The notes under the pieces: generated by a model
Told to the model about the DNA's origin: nothing
Databases searched by the model: none
The model's input: only the letters and a program-made list of their open reading frames with translations
Translations under genes and position numbers: made by a program
Origin: Spirochaetia bacterium
Lineage (GTDB): Bacteria > Spirochaetota > Spirochaetia > SZUA-6 > Bin103
Assembly: GCA_965208575.1 (NCBI GenBank)
Contig: CBDBOV010000006.1
Span: 1,344,001 to 1,408,000, forward strand
Direction: 5' to 3'
DNA: 64,000 nt
Shown: positions 41,411-52,395 of the stretch, piece by piece
Numbering within the stretch: position 1 is the first letter of the stretch
Layout: each line of letters begins with the position of its first letter

Positions 41411-42119
41411 CAACGCAGGAGGTGGGTTTTGCGGGCAGTTAGTCGCGGGCGGGGATCCGGGACGGCCCGAGTCGCCTGGAAGGACGTGGGCGGCCTGGCG
41501 ATCGACCGAGCGGGCGCCACCGATAGCTACGGCGGTGGTGAAGGCGACGGTGTGCGCGGGGTCGCGTACGGGGCGATCAGCCCGAGCGGTTAGTTGTTGC
41601 TCGGTGCGTAATGTGGGGGGGGTACAGGGGGTAGGCGAGGATAGAACGACCGGCTGCGTAGCGTACGGGTGGGATGGGCCCCCCGCTTCGCGGCCCTTCG
41701 GGGCGACGCCCCGGGCGGCGGTTTTGGGGTGCTAACCGGTGGCAGTGCTGAGTAGTGTTATCACGTGTCATGGGTTCAAAAACCCGTAGCCGCTCAATGT
41801 GGCACACCTGTGGCAACCACGTCAATAGGTAATCGAAGAAAATTGGAAAACTTTTAGTTCATTTGGTGTTCGGCCGGATGCCTGACAGAAGCGGTAGGTC
41901 TCGGGCCAGTACCCGCGTACGGGGCGATCAGCCGGAGCGGTTAGTTCTCGGTTGACGAGGGACGAGGGGAAATAGGCACCGGCTGCGTTGCTGTGAATCG
42001 GTCACTCGCTGGATGGCGCGCTGGATGTCGTCATGAGCCTCCGTCAGCATCCGTCGATTTCCCAAGTGACTCATGCTGGCATGGGCGCGACGCCCTGTCA
42101 ACGACTCCTAGGGCGGTGG

Positions 42120-43373
42120 CAGGGCAATCGACTGAGTGGATTTACTCAGGTCGTGAGCAGCGAGTAGAGAAAGTCCTCATTCCAGGCAGCGATGTGACGA
42201 CTGGCGCGCATGCTGTGTTTGCCCTTGCCGCGCCGCAGGAGATTGCTGGCCATGTGCTTGATGGTGGCGAAGTTCGCCGGCGCGTGCCCGCTCCGTATGC
42301 GGCACTCGTCATCGCGGAACACCATGTCCATCACCCAGTGCAGCCCATTCTCGACGCCCCAGTGGCTGCGTATCGCGTGGCCGATCTGCTCGGCATCCGC
42401 CGGCAACGAGCTGATGTAGTAGCGCGTCTCGGTTTCGACCTTGTCCTCGACCAATAGTTCACGCCGGCTCTCCACCTTCACGATGCTGCGCAGCCCCGGC
42501 CAGCGGTGGTCCTGCTGCAGCCACGCGATGTCCTCGGTCGCTACCACCCGCCGCGTCTCCAGACGTCCGTGGCCCTTGTCACTACTCTCATGTACCGTGA
42601 CTTGGTGCCCGGCGAAGCCATCCTGTCGTTCGTCGAAGAACAACGCCACATCCTTATGCAGCGTCCCCTGATTTCCTTTCAGACCCAATACATAGTCTGC
42701 TTTCTGCTCGATGATCCGGGCACCGATCTCGCGCTGGCAGCCCATCGCGTCGATGGTCACCACCGCGCCGTGCAACTCCAGCAACCGCAACAGCTCCGGG
42801 ATCGCCGGGATCTCGTTCGACTTGTCCGCCACCTTGCACTGGCCCAGCACCAGCCGCTGCTGGCTACTCCACGCCGAGATCATATGGATCGGTCCCTGCT
42901 CGGCAGCGCGATCAAGCGAGCGCCGCAGCGTCTTGCCATCTACCGCCACCACTCCACGCACCGCCGCCGTAAACCGCTCCACCCAGGCGATGAAACAACT
43001 CTGGAACTGCTGCGCGTCCAGCCGCGCGAACACGTTCCCCAGTTGGTCATGCGATGGGACCCCATGGGCGAATGGCAAGAAGCGGCGCAGAAACTTCAGC
43101 TTCTGCTGGCCATACAGCGCCACCTCGACCCAGCTATCGGCACCGCCGAGCACTGCGCACAGGCACAGCAACAGGATCTCCGGCAGCGGATAGAGCACCT
43201 TCGCCTGCTGGCGCGGGTCGTCGAGAGCGTCGAAACTGCCTAAGAATTCGACATCACCACCACTGTCATCGTTCATCAGAATGCCCCTCCCAGAGCTATT
43301 TCCTAGCTCCTTCAGTACATACTGATCACCGCCTGTCTGTCACCCTACCCAAAATATTCGGTCGATTGCCCTG
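42120..43373 (-). mobile_element. ISAs1-family insertion sequence
   Basis: Terminal IR cagggcaatcgac; 9-bp TSD gggcggtgg at 42111-42119 and 43374-43382. Confidence 0.93.
42146..43276 (-). CDS. ISAs1 transposase
   Basis: 'DPRQ', 'AVDGKTLR', 'KSNEI', 'IDAMGCQ', 'LKGNQ', 'HWGVEN'. Confidence 0.95.
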   Translation of the reverse strand: MNDDSGGDVEFLGSFDALDDPRQQAKVLYPLPEILLLCLCAVLGGADSWVEVALYGQQKLKFLRRFLPFAHGVPSHDQLGNVFARLDAQQFQSCFIAWVERFTAAVRGVVAVDGKTLRRSLDRAAEQGPIHMISAWSSQQRLVLGQCKVADKSNEIPAIPELLRLLELHGAVVTIDAMGCQREIGARIIEQKADYVLGLKGNQGTLHKDVALFFDERQDGFAGHQVTVHESSDKGHGRLETRRVVATEDIAWLQQDHRWPGLRSIVKVESRRELLVEDKVETETRYYISSLPADAEQIGHAIRSHWGVENGLHWVMDMVFRDDECRIRSGHAPANFATIKHMASNLLRRGKGKHSMRASRHIAAWNEDFLYSLLTT

Positions 43374-43575
43374 GGGCGGTGGTGGGCGGCAGCGCTCGGC
43401 CGCCACGTCGTCACGGCGCATCAGGCGCCTGTGATACACTTCGCACCGTAGCGCCGGACAAACCGGCCGTCGCCAAGCGAGGATCGCATCCAGGCGTTCG
43501 TTCAACACCGCGGGTCCCGTCAATCCGACCGATCACTACCTGATCGCGCCGCTGTCGAGGATCGACCTCGACGAC

Positions 43576-45048
43576 GTGCTCGGCCTGGTGCGCGACAAGA
43601 AGTACTTCGTGCTCCATGCGCCGCGCCAGACCGGCAAGACGTCGGCGCTGCTGGCGCTGGCCGAGGTGCTGAACGGGCGCGGCTACCGGTGCCTGTACGT
43701 TTCGGTCGAAACCGCCCGCACCGCGCGCGACGACGTGCAGCGGGCGATGCGCACGGTGCTCGCCGCGCTGGCGTCACGGGCGCGGGCGACGCTGGACGAC
43801 GGCTTTCTGGACGACATCTGGCCGGACGTGCTGGCGCGGGTCGGTCCGGACTTGGCGCTGGGCGTAGCTCTGGAGCGCTGGGCGCAGGCGTCACCGGGAC
43901 CGCTGGTGCTGCTGATCGACGAGATCGACACGCTGGTGGGCGATTCGCTGCTGTCGGTGCTCCAGCAACTTCGCGCAGGCTACCCAACGCGCCCGGAGCG
44001 CTTTCCGCACAGCGTGGTCCTGTGCGGCTTGCGCGACCCGCGCGACTACCGCATGGACGCCGCCGGCAGCCCGTTCAACATCGCCGCCGCGTCGCTCCGG
44101 TTGGGCGACTTCTCCCGGCAGGAGACGCTGGAGCTGCTCGGCCAGCACACCGAGCAGACCGGCCAGGCGTTCGCACCGGAAGCGCTGGAGGCGGTGTGGA
44201 CGCAGACCCGCGGCCAGCCCTGGCTGGTGAACGCGCTCGCGCACGAGACCTGCTTCAAGAACAGGGCGTTGCGGGACGACCGCTCGCGCGCGGTGACCGC
44301 CGACCACATCACCGCGGCGCGCGAGGAGCTGATCGTGAACCGGGTGACGCACCTCGACTACCTGGCGGACAAGCTGCGCGAGGATCGCGTGCGCCGGGTG
44401 ATCGAGCCGATGCTCAGCGGCACCCACCGGCACGTCTTCACGGACCGCGATGTCGGGTACGCGCGCGACCTGGGTCTGCTGGCCCGCGACGCGCCGCTGC
44501 GGGTGGCCAACCCGATCTACGCCGAAGTGCTGCCGCGCGAATTGGCGTGGGTGGTGCAGGAGACGCTGGAGCTGTCGCCGCCGCGCTACGTAAGGGCGGA
44601 CGGCAGCCTGGACGCGGAGTTGCTGATGGCGGAGTTCCAGGACTTCTTTCGCCGCCACTCCGAGCACTGGCGGAACCGCTTCGCCTACGAGGAGGCGTGG
44701 CCGCAGTTGTTGCTGCAGGCGTACCTGCAGCGGGTGGTGAACGGCAGCGGCCGCATCGAGCGGGAGTATGCACTGGGGAGCGGGCGGGTCGACCTGCTGA
44801 TCGTGTGGCCGCTGGCCGACCGGGTGCAGGAGTTCGTGGTGGAGTGCAAGGTGGTGCGCGAGCACGACGGGCCCGAGCGCGTGGTGGACGAGGGCGTGGA
44901 GCAGACGGCACGCTACGTGGACCGCTGCGCGGCGGAGGCGGGGCACCTGGTCGTGATCGACCGGCGCGAGAACCGGAGCTGGGAGGAGAAGGTATTCCAC
45001 CTCCGGCGTGACGGCGGTGCGGTCCCGGTCGACGTGTGGGGCATGTGA
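43576..45048 (+). CDS. AAA-like ATPase with C-terminal PD-(D/E)XK-like region
   Basis: 'HAPRQTGKTS', 'LLIDEID', 'GRVDLL...VECK'. Conserved 'FNTAGP' lies in frame upstream (~43501) without an obvious ATG, so the start is uncertain. Confidence 0.85.
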   Translation: MLGLVRDKKYFVLHAPRQTGKTSALLALAEVLNGRGYRCLYVSVETARTARDDVQRAMRTVLAALASRARATLDDGFLDDIWPDVLARVGPDLALGVALERWAQASPGPLVLLIDEIDTLVGDSLLSVLQQLRAGYPTRPERFPHSVVLCGLRDPRDYRMDAAGSPFNIAAASLRLGDFSRQETLELLGQHTEQTGQAFAPEALEAVWTQTRGQPWLVNALAHETCFKNRALRDDRSRAVTADHITAAREELIVNRVTHLDYLADKLREDRVRRVIEPMLSGTHRHVFTDRDVGYARDLGLLARDAPLRVANPIYAEVLPRELAWVVQETLELSPPRYVRADGSLDAELLMAEFQDFFRRHSEHWRNRFAYEEAWPQLLLQAYLQRVVNGSGRIEREYALGSGRVDLLIVWPLADRVQEFVVECKVVREHDGPERVVDEGVEQTARYVDRCAAEAGHLVVIDRRENRSWEEKVFHLRRDGGAVPVDVWGM

Positions 45049-45111
45049 CCGTCTGTGGCTCTCCCCCGTCGTCGTAGCCGAGGTATTGAGACTTGCGCGG
45101 GAGGCGGAAAG

Positions 45112-45435
45112 ATGAAGAAAGACCACATGGTCGGGACGCGACTGCCCCAGGAGTTGGTGCGGGAGCTGCAATTCATCGAGGAAGTGGAGCAATCCGACCG
45201 CTCGACTACCGTACGACGCCTGCTGGCGCGAGCAATCCAGCAATGGAAGCTTGAACACTACGTGCGGCTGTATGGCGACGGCAAGCTTACGCTCGCGCGA
45301 GCCGCGCAGGAGACCGGAGTCTCGTTGTGGGAAATGATCGACTATGCACGTGCCAGGAAGGTGACGACTCAGTACGACATCGACGATCTTCTGCACGACG
45401 TCGAGACTATTCGCGAAAGCCGGGATCTGCGGTGA
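45112..45435 (+). CDS. RHH plus UPF0175 antitoxin-like protein (no toxin partner)
   Basis: 'DRSTTVRRLL', 'GKLTLARAAQETGVSLWEM'. Confidence 0.8.
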   Translation: MKKDHMVGTRLPQELVRELQFIEEVEQSDRSTTVRRLLARAIQQWKLEHYVRLYGDGKLTLARAAQETGVSLWEMIDYARARKVTTQYDIDDLLHDVETIRESRDLR

Positions 45436-45891
45436 CGGGAGAAGGAGCATCTCGCCGCCGCCGACCCGCTGAAGAGCATCGTCGAGGAGTACCGCCTGGA
45501 GCTCGGCGGCGCCGGCCGGGAGGTCGGCCTGTGGCGAGACCGTGCCGTTCGTCAGTCGGGCGTCTTCTCGCATCCCCGATCAGACCCGTATCCTCCATCG
45601 GTGCGTCGGCAACGGCTGCGAGCGTTTCGGCAAATGCTTGGGGATGGTAGTTGGCCGCGGCATCTCTGAAGAAGTCTCGCGTTTCTTGCCGGATCACCTC
45701 GTTGTTCACCGATGCCACGATGAAGCTGTTCAGAGAGACGCCGTCCTCACCGGCGAACTGACATTGTGCGTGACGATCACTTCGGCGCCGAAGTTGGCCG
45801 CGCATTCAAACACCATGTCATCGTTCGCGCACGAAGGAAGAAGGCCTGGGGCCGCGCAGGCGGGCCCCAGAACCCAAAAGCCAAAGACGAG

Positions 45892-46906
45892 CTAATTCAA
45901 CTCGGCCTTGAGCTGACTATCGATCCACATGCGGGCGTAGGGCAGGGTGTAACCGCCGGCGCCCACCTGCAGCTCGCCGTTAAAGCCGACGATCCACGGC
46001 TGCGCAACGGAGAAACCGGGAACCCGCACACCCCAGATGTAGACGTGCTGCTCGATCGCATACATGTCGAGCGCCTTCGCCAGCCGTCGGTATTCGTCCT
46101 CGTCATCAATGGCGGCCTGCAACTCCTCCCATCTGGCGTCGAACACCGGATCGCAGTAGGCACCCCCGATGGGGCCGCCGGAAACATAGGCGCCGAGACT
46201 TCCGTCGAGGGTCGCGTAGTCGGCGCCGCTGCCCCACCACATTGTCAAACCGTCCCCCCAGTCTCGCGAACTCATCGTTCCGAAGAACGAAGCGTCCTCG
46301 AGCGCATTGAGCTCGACCTCCACCCCGATCTCCTTCCAGTAACCGACCTCCAGCTCGTGGTAGCCGATGTCGGCTCGACCGACGGGTCGGATCATCTGCG
46401 TCCGGAAGCGGACACCGTCCGCGCCGCGCGGGTATCCGGCCTCGTCGAGCAGTCGCTCGGCGCCTTCAGGGTCGTAGGAGTAGAACTTCTTGAGCTCCTC
46501 GGGCCAGGTATCGAAGGCGTTGTGATAACCGACCCACGCCGGCCCGATAGGCCCCATCGGCTGCCACTCTCCCAAGCCCGAGAAGTAGTTGTCGTTAATG
46601 GTGTTCTCCCAGCTCTCGGCCAGGTGCCCTCTCAGTATGCTCAAGGGATAATAGAGCATGAAGCTGCTGACACTCCGATCGGCCGCCCAGTCCGCAATAC
46701 CCAAATGGTCCAGCGCTGCTCCCACCCCAACGCCGGCGCCGTGGGTGAGCCACGCGTCGCCGTGATCGAGCGGGGCGTGGACTACAGTGGTGAGTGTCCC
46801 GCCGTATTCCGGCTTGAGCACCTGCTTGCCGGTGGACGGATCGGTCACGTACTCCTTCTCGGCGGCCATCGCCGTGTCGTCGCCTTCGCCGGCGGGGCTG
46901 GCAAAG
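45892..46906 (-). pseudogene. Family 5 SBP pseudogene: in-frame internal deletion and IS insertion near the signal peptide
   Basis: Paralog of 52396..54195 in which 'AESWEN' joins directly to 'TINDNYF'; the 5' remainder lies at 50275-50315. Confidence 0.85.
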
Positions 46907-47730
46907 GGTAGTGTATCAGTTTACTTTTGATGGAGGTGGCAGGGCGTGGACGCTACGTTCTCACGGATGACGTTCTCATTTGATGATGAAGGGGCCACCA
47001 GGGTCTTTCGGTTTATGGACGGTGTGTGTGATCTGTACGGCCCCCTGCTTGACGACCGAGCCGCGACGGCCCTTCGCGAACGACTTGCGAAGCTCGTATC
47101 GCGCCAATTCGATATAGAGCCGTTCGGCCGCGTGACCCTCCACCGAAACGCTACACCGGGGGCAACGAATCACACGCACCTTGCCGTTTCGGAGTTGCGC
47201 ATGTGCCGCGACCTTGCAGCGGCGGCAAACGACTTCCTGGGTTGCCACTCGCCTACCGAAGATGGTTGCGAAGGCAGTACCGGCGCACGGCTTCCAATGC
47301 CTCCGAGTCGGGCGCACCGGCAAGCTGACTGAGGGCAAACGCACGTCGCTGGTCCGGGGTGCTTGCCTGCTCGGCGATAGCTATCGGGGGAACCGCACTC
47401 ATACGGTCCTGGAGCAGCACCATGGCGGTAGCGTAGTCGCGAGCAAAGCGATTAAGACCGTGGGTGATCGTAGCCGCGAGTACGGCCCAGTCGTTCAGGG
47501 GACGAACGGAATCAGACAAAACTTTCTCCCAGTTCCGCTTGACGTGAATTGGGAGGGCACACTAAACTCAGGGCCGTCGTCTGTAACGATTCCCGGTGTC
47601 GGCAAGTTGGTTCCTTGCCGCGCCCCTCCGCTCCAAGCGGGTAGATCGCGGCTCCCCGAAGGGAGCCGCGCCTATGTATAGACGCGCTCAGCATACGCCA
47701 CCCGAGCAGATTGGATCAACCCGTCAAGCG

Positions 47731-48645
47731 TTATTCGGCGGGGACGGCCTTGCGCTTGCGGTATTTGCGAGCGTACTTGACCGCGGGGGCGCGCTCGTCG
47801 ATCAGCGCTACCAGTTGCTCCAGCGTGGCGGGGCGATCCGCTATACCGGCAGCCATCGCCGGGGTGACGCGGTTGTTACGCTTCGTCCTGACCGCGCCGT
47901 GCGGCTTGATCCAGTTGTAGACGTGGAAGTACAGGGCGAGCATCTCGCAGTGCTTTTCCAGCTTCTTCGAGAATGCGTTGGTCAGGCGAGTAAAGCGCCG
48001 GATGCCCATGCGCATCGACAAGTTGTGCCGCTCTACGTGTGACGTGTTCGCGGTGCGCAGGTCAGGCGATCCCCATACGACGATCTTTTCGATGCCCGTG
48101 CAGGTGGCGGGACTGTAGCGCCGCTCGTTGTCGATCCCCTCGGCCTTGCCGTAGGTTTTGATGATCTGCGCGAAATCCACGTCGCCGCCGAAAGCCTCGT
48201 CTACGGCTTCCCGGTATGCCCTCAAGCCATCGGTCGAAATCTGCGGCCGCTCGGTGATCCGGGTACGAAGATCGTCCATGAAGTGCATCGCGGTCTCACT
48301 GTCGCGCTCGCCTACCATGTAGCTGACGATCATCTTGCTATCGGTATCCAGGGCAGTGAACGTCCAGGTGTCGCCGGCATCGTCCGGTGCGGACTTGGCA
48401 TAAGGAACGGTGCCCTGCTTGGCGTAAACGAAGCTCCATATTTCGTCGCACTGAATATGCCGGTAGCCCTTGATGCCGCGTGTCTTCTTGGCGTGGTAAG
48501 CGTCCGCCGCGTCCGCGGCATCGCTGAGCAGCTTCGTAATGGTGTTGATGCTTGCGCCGGTAACGCGGTTGACGGCCCGCATGCTCATCCCCTCTACCAG
48601 CATGTTGAGGATCGTTACGCGCTTCTCAGTGCTCAGCTTGTTCAT
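47731..48645 (-). CDS. IS1-family-like DDE transposase
   Basis: N-terminal HTH, 'QCDEIWSFV', 'STDG', 'HVERHNLSMR', 'TPAMAAG'. Confidence 0.88.
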   Translation of the reverse strand: MNKLSTEKRVTILNMLVEGMSMRAVNRVTGASINTITKLLSDAADAADAYHAKKTRGIKGYRHIQCDEIWSFVYAKQGTVPYAKSAPDDAGDTWTFTALDTDSKMIVSYMVGERDSETAMHFMDDLRTRITERPQISTDGLRAYREAVDEAFGGDVDFAQIIKTYGKAEGIDNERRYSPATCTGIEKIVVWGSPDLRTANTSHVERHNLSMRMGIRRFTRLTNAFSKKLEKHCEMLALYFHVYNWIKPHGAVRTKRNNRVTPAMAAGIADRPATLEQLVALIDERAPAVKYARKYRKRKAVPAE

Positions 48646-48707
48646 ATCTAAACTATACTACATGCTTAGCACAAAGGCAAGCATGCGTGTCAGTTTATTT
48701 CAGAAAA

Positions 48708-49879
48708 TCATGCAGCTAGTTCGAGTTTGAGGCGCAGATATTTCATGCCGCGATGACCTTTTACGCGGTTACAGTTTCCGCATAGCAGTTGAAGGTTGTC
48801 GATATGGTCAGTCCCGCCCTTAGCCTGCGCAACGATATGGTCGACTTCAAGATGCCGGATTGCGAAGTGTTCGCCACATCCAGCGCAGTCCCCGGCTTGG
48901 CGTCCATATAACGTCTGCTTGTTCTCGGTACAGTTATAGCGAGGGAGCTGCCCAAGGTCAGTGCGTTGTGGTATGTCAGTGCGATTCACGTAGTCGGTGA
49001 ATAGGCTGCCCTGAAGGTCGGTAATGCGCTGCACTACCAGTTCGGCTGCCTTTGGACTGATATCAATCCCTACCCACTTGCGATCACCGATGGCATGCGA
49101 CGCAACCATCGTGGTTGCGCAGCCGCAGAACGGGTCTAACACAAGGTCGCCCGGGTTGGAGCTCGCCCGGACGATCCGATTGAGAAGTGCAAGCGGCTTC
49201 TGTGTCGGATACCCGGTCCGTTCTTTCGACCAAGGCATAACCGAGTTGTGTTCCCACACATCGTCTGGAAGTTTGCCACTATCCAAGTCACGCTCCGATC
49301 CGTCGGCCCTTCGTTGACCATCTACCCACTTGTATGGCGTCCTTACCGCATCGGCGTTGAACGTCCACTTGTTGGATTTGGCATAGTACAAGATTACGTC
49401 ATGCTTACGGGCCCAACGACGCTTAGATGCCCCGCCCCCGGAGTAGTACCAGACAATTCGTTTTGGAAACGCTGGCGGCCGAAAATGGCGTCCATGAGAA
49501 CCTTCAGGTAGTGACTCATCGTCGGATCGCAGTGCAGGTAGATGCTACCTGTTGACTTCAAAAGCCGCCGAATCTCAAGCAGCCTGATTGCCATGTAGAC
49601 CAGATACGACTTGTCACTGGAGGTCATGGCTGCCAAGATGGCGTGGTACAGCTTCGGTTCTTTTGACTCCAACAGATCGATCCATTCTTCATCCAGATCG
49701 TTTAGTGTCCATGTGTCCTTGAAGGCCGCGCCCGCCGCTGCCGAGCCGATTGGAGCCGCGTAGTCGACCTTGCTATTGAAGGGTGGGTCCAGGTAAATGA
49801 GGTCGACCGACTCGGAGTTCATGCCACGCATGACGTACAGGTTGTCGCCAGTCCAAATCGTACTCGGTGCGAAGTTCAT
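48708..49879 (-). pseudogene. N6/N4 DNA methyltransferase fused to HNH endonuclease, frameshifted
   Basis: 'IYLDPPFN', 'YPTQKP', 'LDPFCG', then 'CAGC...DHIV...NLQLLCGNCN'; 1-bp loss near 49458 (NEIVWYY reads NELSG). Confidence 0.85.
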
Positions 49880-49974
49880 CGGACGGGACGTTACCATAGG
49901 CAATGACGGCACGTCCAGTTAATGGCTTAGCACTCAACACTATACATGCGTTGAGTGTATTGCTTGGTAGGGAG

Positions 49975-50199
49975 TTACTCAGCGGGTTGGTTCCAGCGAG
50001 CGGCGGCTGCTACCTGGGCGATCTGCGAGCGCTCATCGGGCGACAGGGCCGCGGCGCGTGCCTCGCCGCCCTTCTTACCGCCCTTGCGTTTGGCAGGGTC
50101 CGCGTAGGTCTCCTCGGCTTCGCCGGTGGCCAGCTTGGCGACGTGCAGCGCGTTGGCGAGCGTATCGCCGGGGCGCTTCTCGCCCTTCGGTCCTATCAT
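49975..50199 (-). CDS. Small basic protein (KGGxxR repeat type) carried by the IS
   Basis: 'GPKGEKRPGD...ATGE...KGGKKGGEARAAALSPDERSQIA...AAAARW'. Confidence 0.7.
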   Translation of the reverse strand: MIGPKGEKRPGDTLANALHVAKLATGEAEETYADPAKRKGGKKGGEARAAALSPDERSQIAQVAAAARWNQPAE

Positions 50200-50417
50200 G
50201 CTACAAGTGTGCCACGCCCGCACCACCACGGCAACCGCCCGCCGGATTATCTAAAAGTAAACTGATACACTACCTGGCAAAGGTAACGGTAGCCACCAGC
50301 GCGAACGCCAGTGTAGCGTATGAAGCAGCGAGTGGACGAGTGGCAGGCGCAGTGCGAACCGGTCCTTGCAAGAATCGCTGGTCGCGGATAGATAGGTACG
50401 TGGCGTCCCCGTGTCGG

Positions 50418-51380
50418 TCAACTACGCGACGAGCGCGCTCGCGCCGCTTTGCGCAGCGCCTTGCCGCGGTGCGCACCCATGCGCCCCACGCCGCCGCGCA
50501 AGCGCGGGTCGAGCAGGTCGCGCACCGCGTCGCCGAACATGTTGAAGCTGTACACGACGATGGTCAGGAAGATGCCGGGCCACATCGCCAGCCACGGCGC
50601 CTGCTGCATGTAATTGCGGCCCTCGCGGCTCAGGAGGCCGCCCCAACTGGGCACGCTCAGCGGCAACCCAAAGCCCAGAAAGCTCAGCGAAGCCTCGGTG
50701 ATGATGACCGCGCCGACGGTGATGCTGAAGATGATGATGATGGGCGCCAGCACGTTCGGCAGCACGTGGCGCAGCACCGTATGCCAGGGCGGGCTGCCGA
50801 CCGCCTGAGCAGCCTGAAAGTAGGCGTTCTCCTTAATGCCGATCACCGCACCCCGGATCACGCGCGAGCTGCCGATGCCGTAGGTCAGGCCCAGCACGAT
50901 GATGATCTGCGGCGCACCGGTACCCAGGATCGACATGATGGTCATGAGCAGGAGCAGTCCCGGAAAGGCCATCCAGGCATCGACGAATCTCTGCGTCACC
51001 ATGTCGAGCCGGCCACCGACGAACCCCGACAGGCCGCCGACGGCGGTGGCCACCAGTACCGCCACCGCCGTCGCCGCGAAGCCGACCAACAGCGACAGGC
51101 GCGCGCCGTAGATGTTGCGGCTCAAGAAGTCGCGCCCCGTATGATCGGTGCCCAGCAGATGCTCGGCCGAGGAGCCCTGCAGCCTCCGCGTGACGTCCTG
51201 GCGCTGCTCGGGGTCCGGTGCCAGCACGTCGGCGAAGACGCTCACCAGCACGAAAACCACGATGATGACGGCGCCGAGCAGGCCCAACGGCTTCTCCCGG
51301 ACCAGCCGGTAGAAGAAGTCCGCAAGTGGGCCGCGCGGGCGTCGGACATCGGCGCCGCCGGGATCGGCGATGGTGCTCAC
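50418..51380 (-). CDS. ABC permease, OppC-like
   Basis: 'LLGTDHTGRD', 'EASLSFLG', 'GDAVRDLLDPR'. Confidence 0.93.
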   Translation of the reverse strand: MSTIADPGGADVRRPRGPLADFFYRLVREKPLGLLGAVIIVVFVLVSVFADVLAPDPEQRQDVTRRLQGSSAEHLLGTDHTGRDFLSRNIYGARLSLLVGFAATAVAVLVATAVGGLSGFVGGRLDMVTQRFVDAWMAFPGLLLLMTIMSILGTGAPQIIIVLGLTYGIGSSRVIRGAVIGIKENAYFQAAQAVGSPPWHTVLRHVLPNVLAPIIIIFSITVGAVIITEASLSFLGFGLPLSVPSWGGLLSREGRNYMQQAPWLAMWPGIFLTIVVYSFNMFGDAVRDLLDPRLRGGVGRMGAHRGKALRKAARARSSRS

Positions 51381-52336
51381 TAGTAGCGAATCCTCGGGTC
51401 GAGGTAGGCGTACAGCAGGTCGATGAGCAGGTTGTTGAACAGAATGAAGGTGGCAAAGAACAGGTTGATGCCCGAGACCATCGGATAGTCACGCTTCGCC
51501 AGCGACCCAACGAGCAGCGACCCCAGGCCGGGCAGGTTGAACAGCGTCTCGATGATGACCGAGCCGCCGACCAGGATCGGCAGTTGCAGCCCGATGAGGG
51601 TGAGCACAGGGATGAGGGCGTTCTTGATGGCGTGGCGGACAACGACCGACCGCTCGCGTAGGCCCTTGGCCCACGCCGTGCGCACGTAGTCCTGCCGCAG
51701 CACCTCCAGCATCATCGTGCGCGTCATCCGCATGGTGGCGGCAGATAGGCCGGTGCCCAGGATGAGGCCGGGGATGAGGAACATGCCGATGTGGGCCACC
51801 GGATCCTCGCTGAAGTCAAACAGTCGCAGCGGCGGCGTCCAGCCCCACCAGATGCCGGGAAAGATGAGGACCATGAGGGCCAGCCAAAAGTTGGGCGTGG
51901 CCAACCCAAAGATGGCGACGCTGCGGGCCGCGTAATCGCCGAGGGTGTCCTGGCGCACGGCCGAGTAGATGCCCACCGGCAGCGCGATCAACAGGCCAAT
52001 GATCAGCGCGGCGCCCCCCAGCTCCAGGGTGACGGGCACTCGGGCGAGAATCTTCCCCTCCACGGGTCTGTTGCCCCGTTGCAGCGACTGACCGAGGGTG
52101 CCTTCCAACAGAATCCCTCGCACCCACCGCACGTAAGCGATGTGCGCGGGGACATCGAGACCCATGATGGCGCGCAACCGATCCTTCTCCTCGGTGCTGA
52201 TGGCGTAAAATGTGTCGGCCGTTATGATGTCGACGATGTCGCCTGGAATCGCACGCACCATAAAGAACACCAGCATGCTCAGGATGAACAGCGTGGGGAT
52301 GAACAGCAGCAGCCGGCGGATGACGTAGGTTCGCAT
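51380..52336 (-). CDS. ABC permease, OppB-like
   Basis: 'YVIRRLL', 'QDYVRTAWAKGL'. Confidence 0.93.
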   Translation of the reverse strand: MRTYVIRRLLLFIPTLFILSMLVFFMVRAIPGDIVDIITADTFYAISTEEKDRLRAIMGLDVPAHIAYVRWVRGILLEGTLGQSLQRGNRPVEGKILARVPVTLELGGAALIIGLLIALPVGIYSAVRQDTLGDYAARSVAIFGLATPNFWLALMVLIFPGIWWGWTPPLRLFDFSEDPVAHIGMFLIPGLILGTGLSAATMRMTRTMMLEVLRQDYVRTAWAKGLRERSVVVRHAIKNALIPVLTLIGLQLPILVGGSVIIETLFNLPGLGSLLVGSLAKRDYPMVSGINLFFATFILFNNLLIDLLYAYLDPRIRY

Positions 52337-52395
52337 GGAGAAAGGACGCCCGGGGCCGCACAGGCCGACCCCAGGCGCAAAAGGCCAAAGACGAG

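Larger units (their letters stand above)
46907..50274 (-). mobile_element. IS1-like element with passenger genes
   Basis: 22-bp perfect IR ggtagtgtatcagtttactttt; 8-bp TSD tggcaaag at 46899-46906 and 50275-50282. Confidence 0.92.

Noticed and set aside
43450-43468. gcgccggacaaaccggc in the AAA leader resembling the intron 5' hairpin
   Set aside because: Short GC-rich match without GTGCG or downstream intron sequence; could be chance.
27368-45048. Diversity-generating retroelement (repeated 3' gene ends)
   Set aside because: No intact RT in the window, and differences between copies are not visibly adenine-specific.
46946-47681. Overlapping ORFs inside the IS1-like element
   Set aside because: No recognisable motifs; could not tell which frame, if any, is coding.
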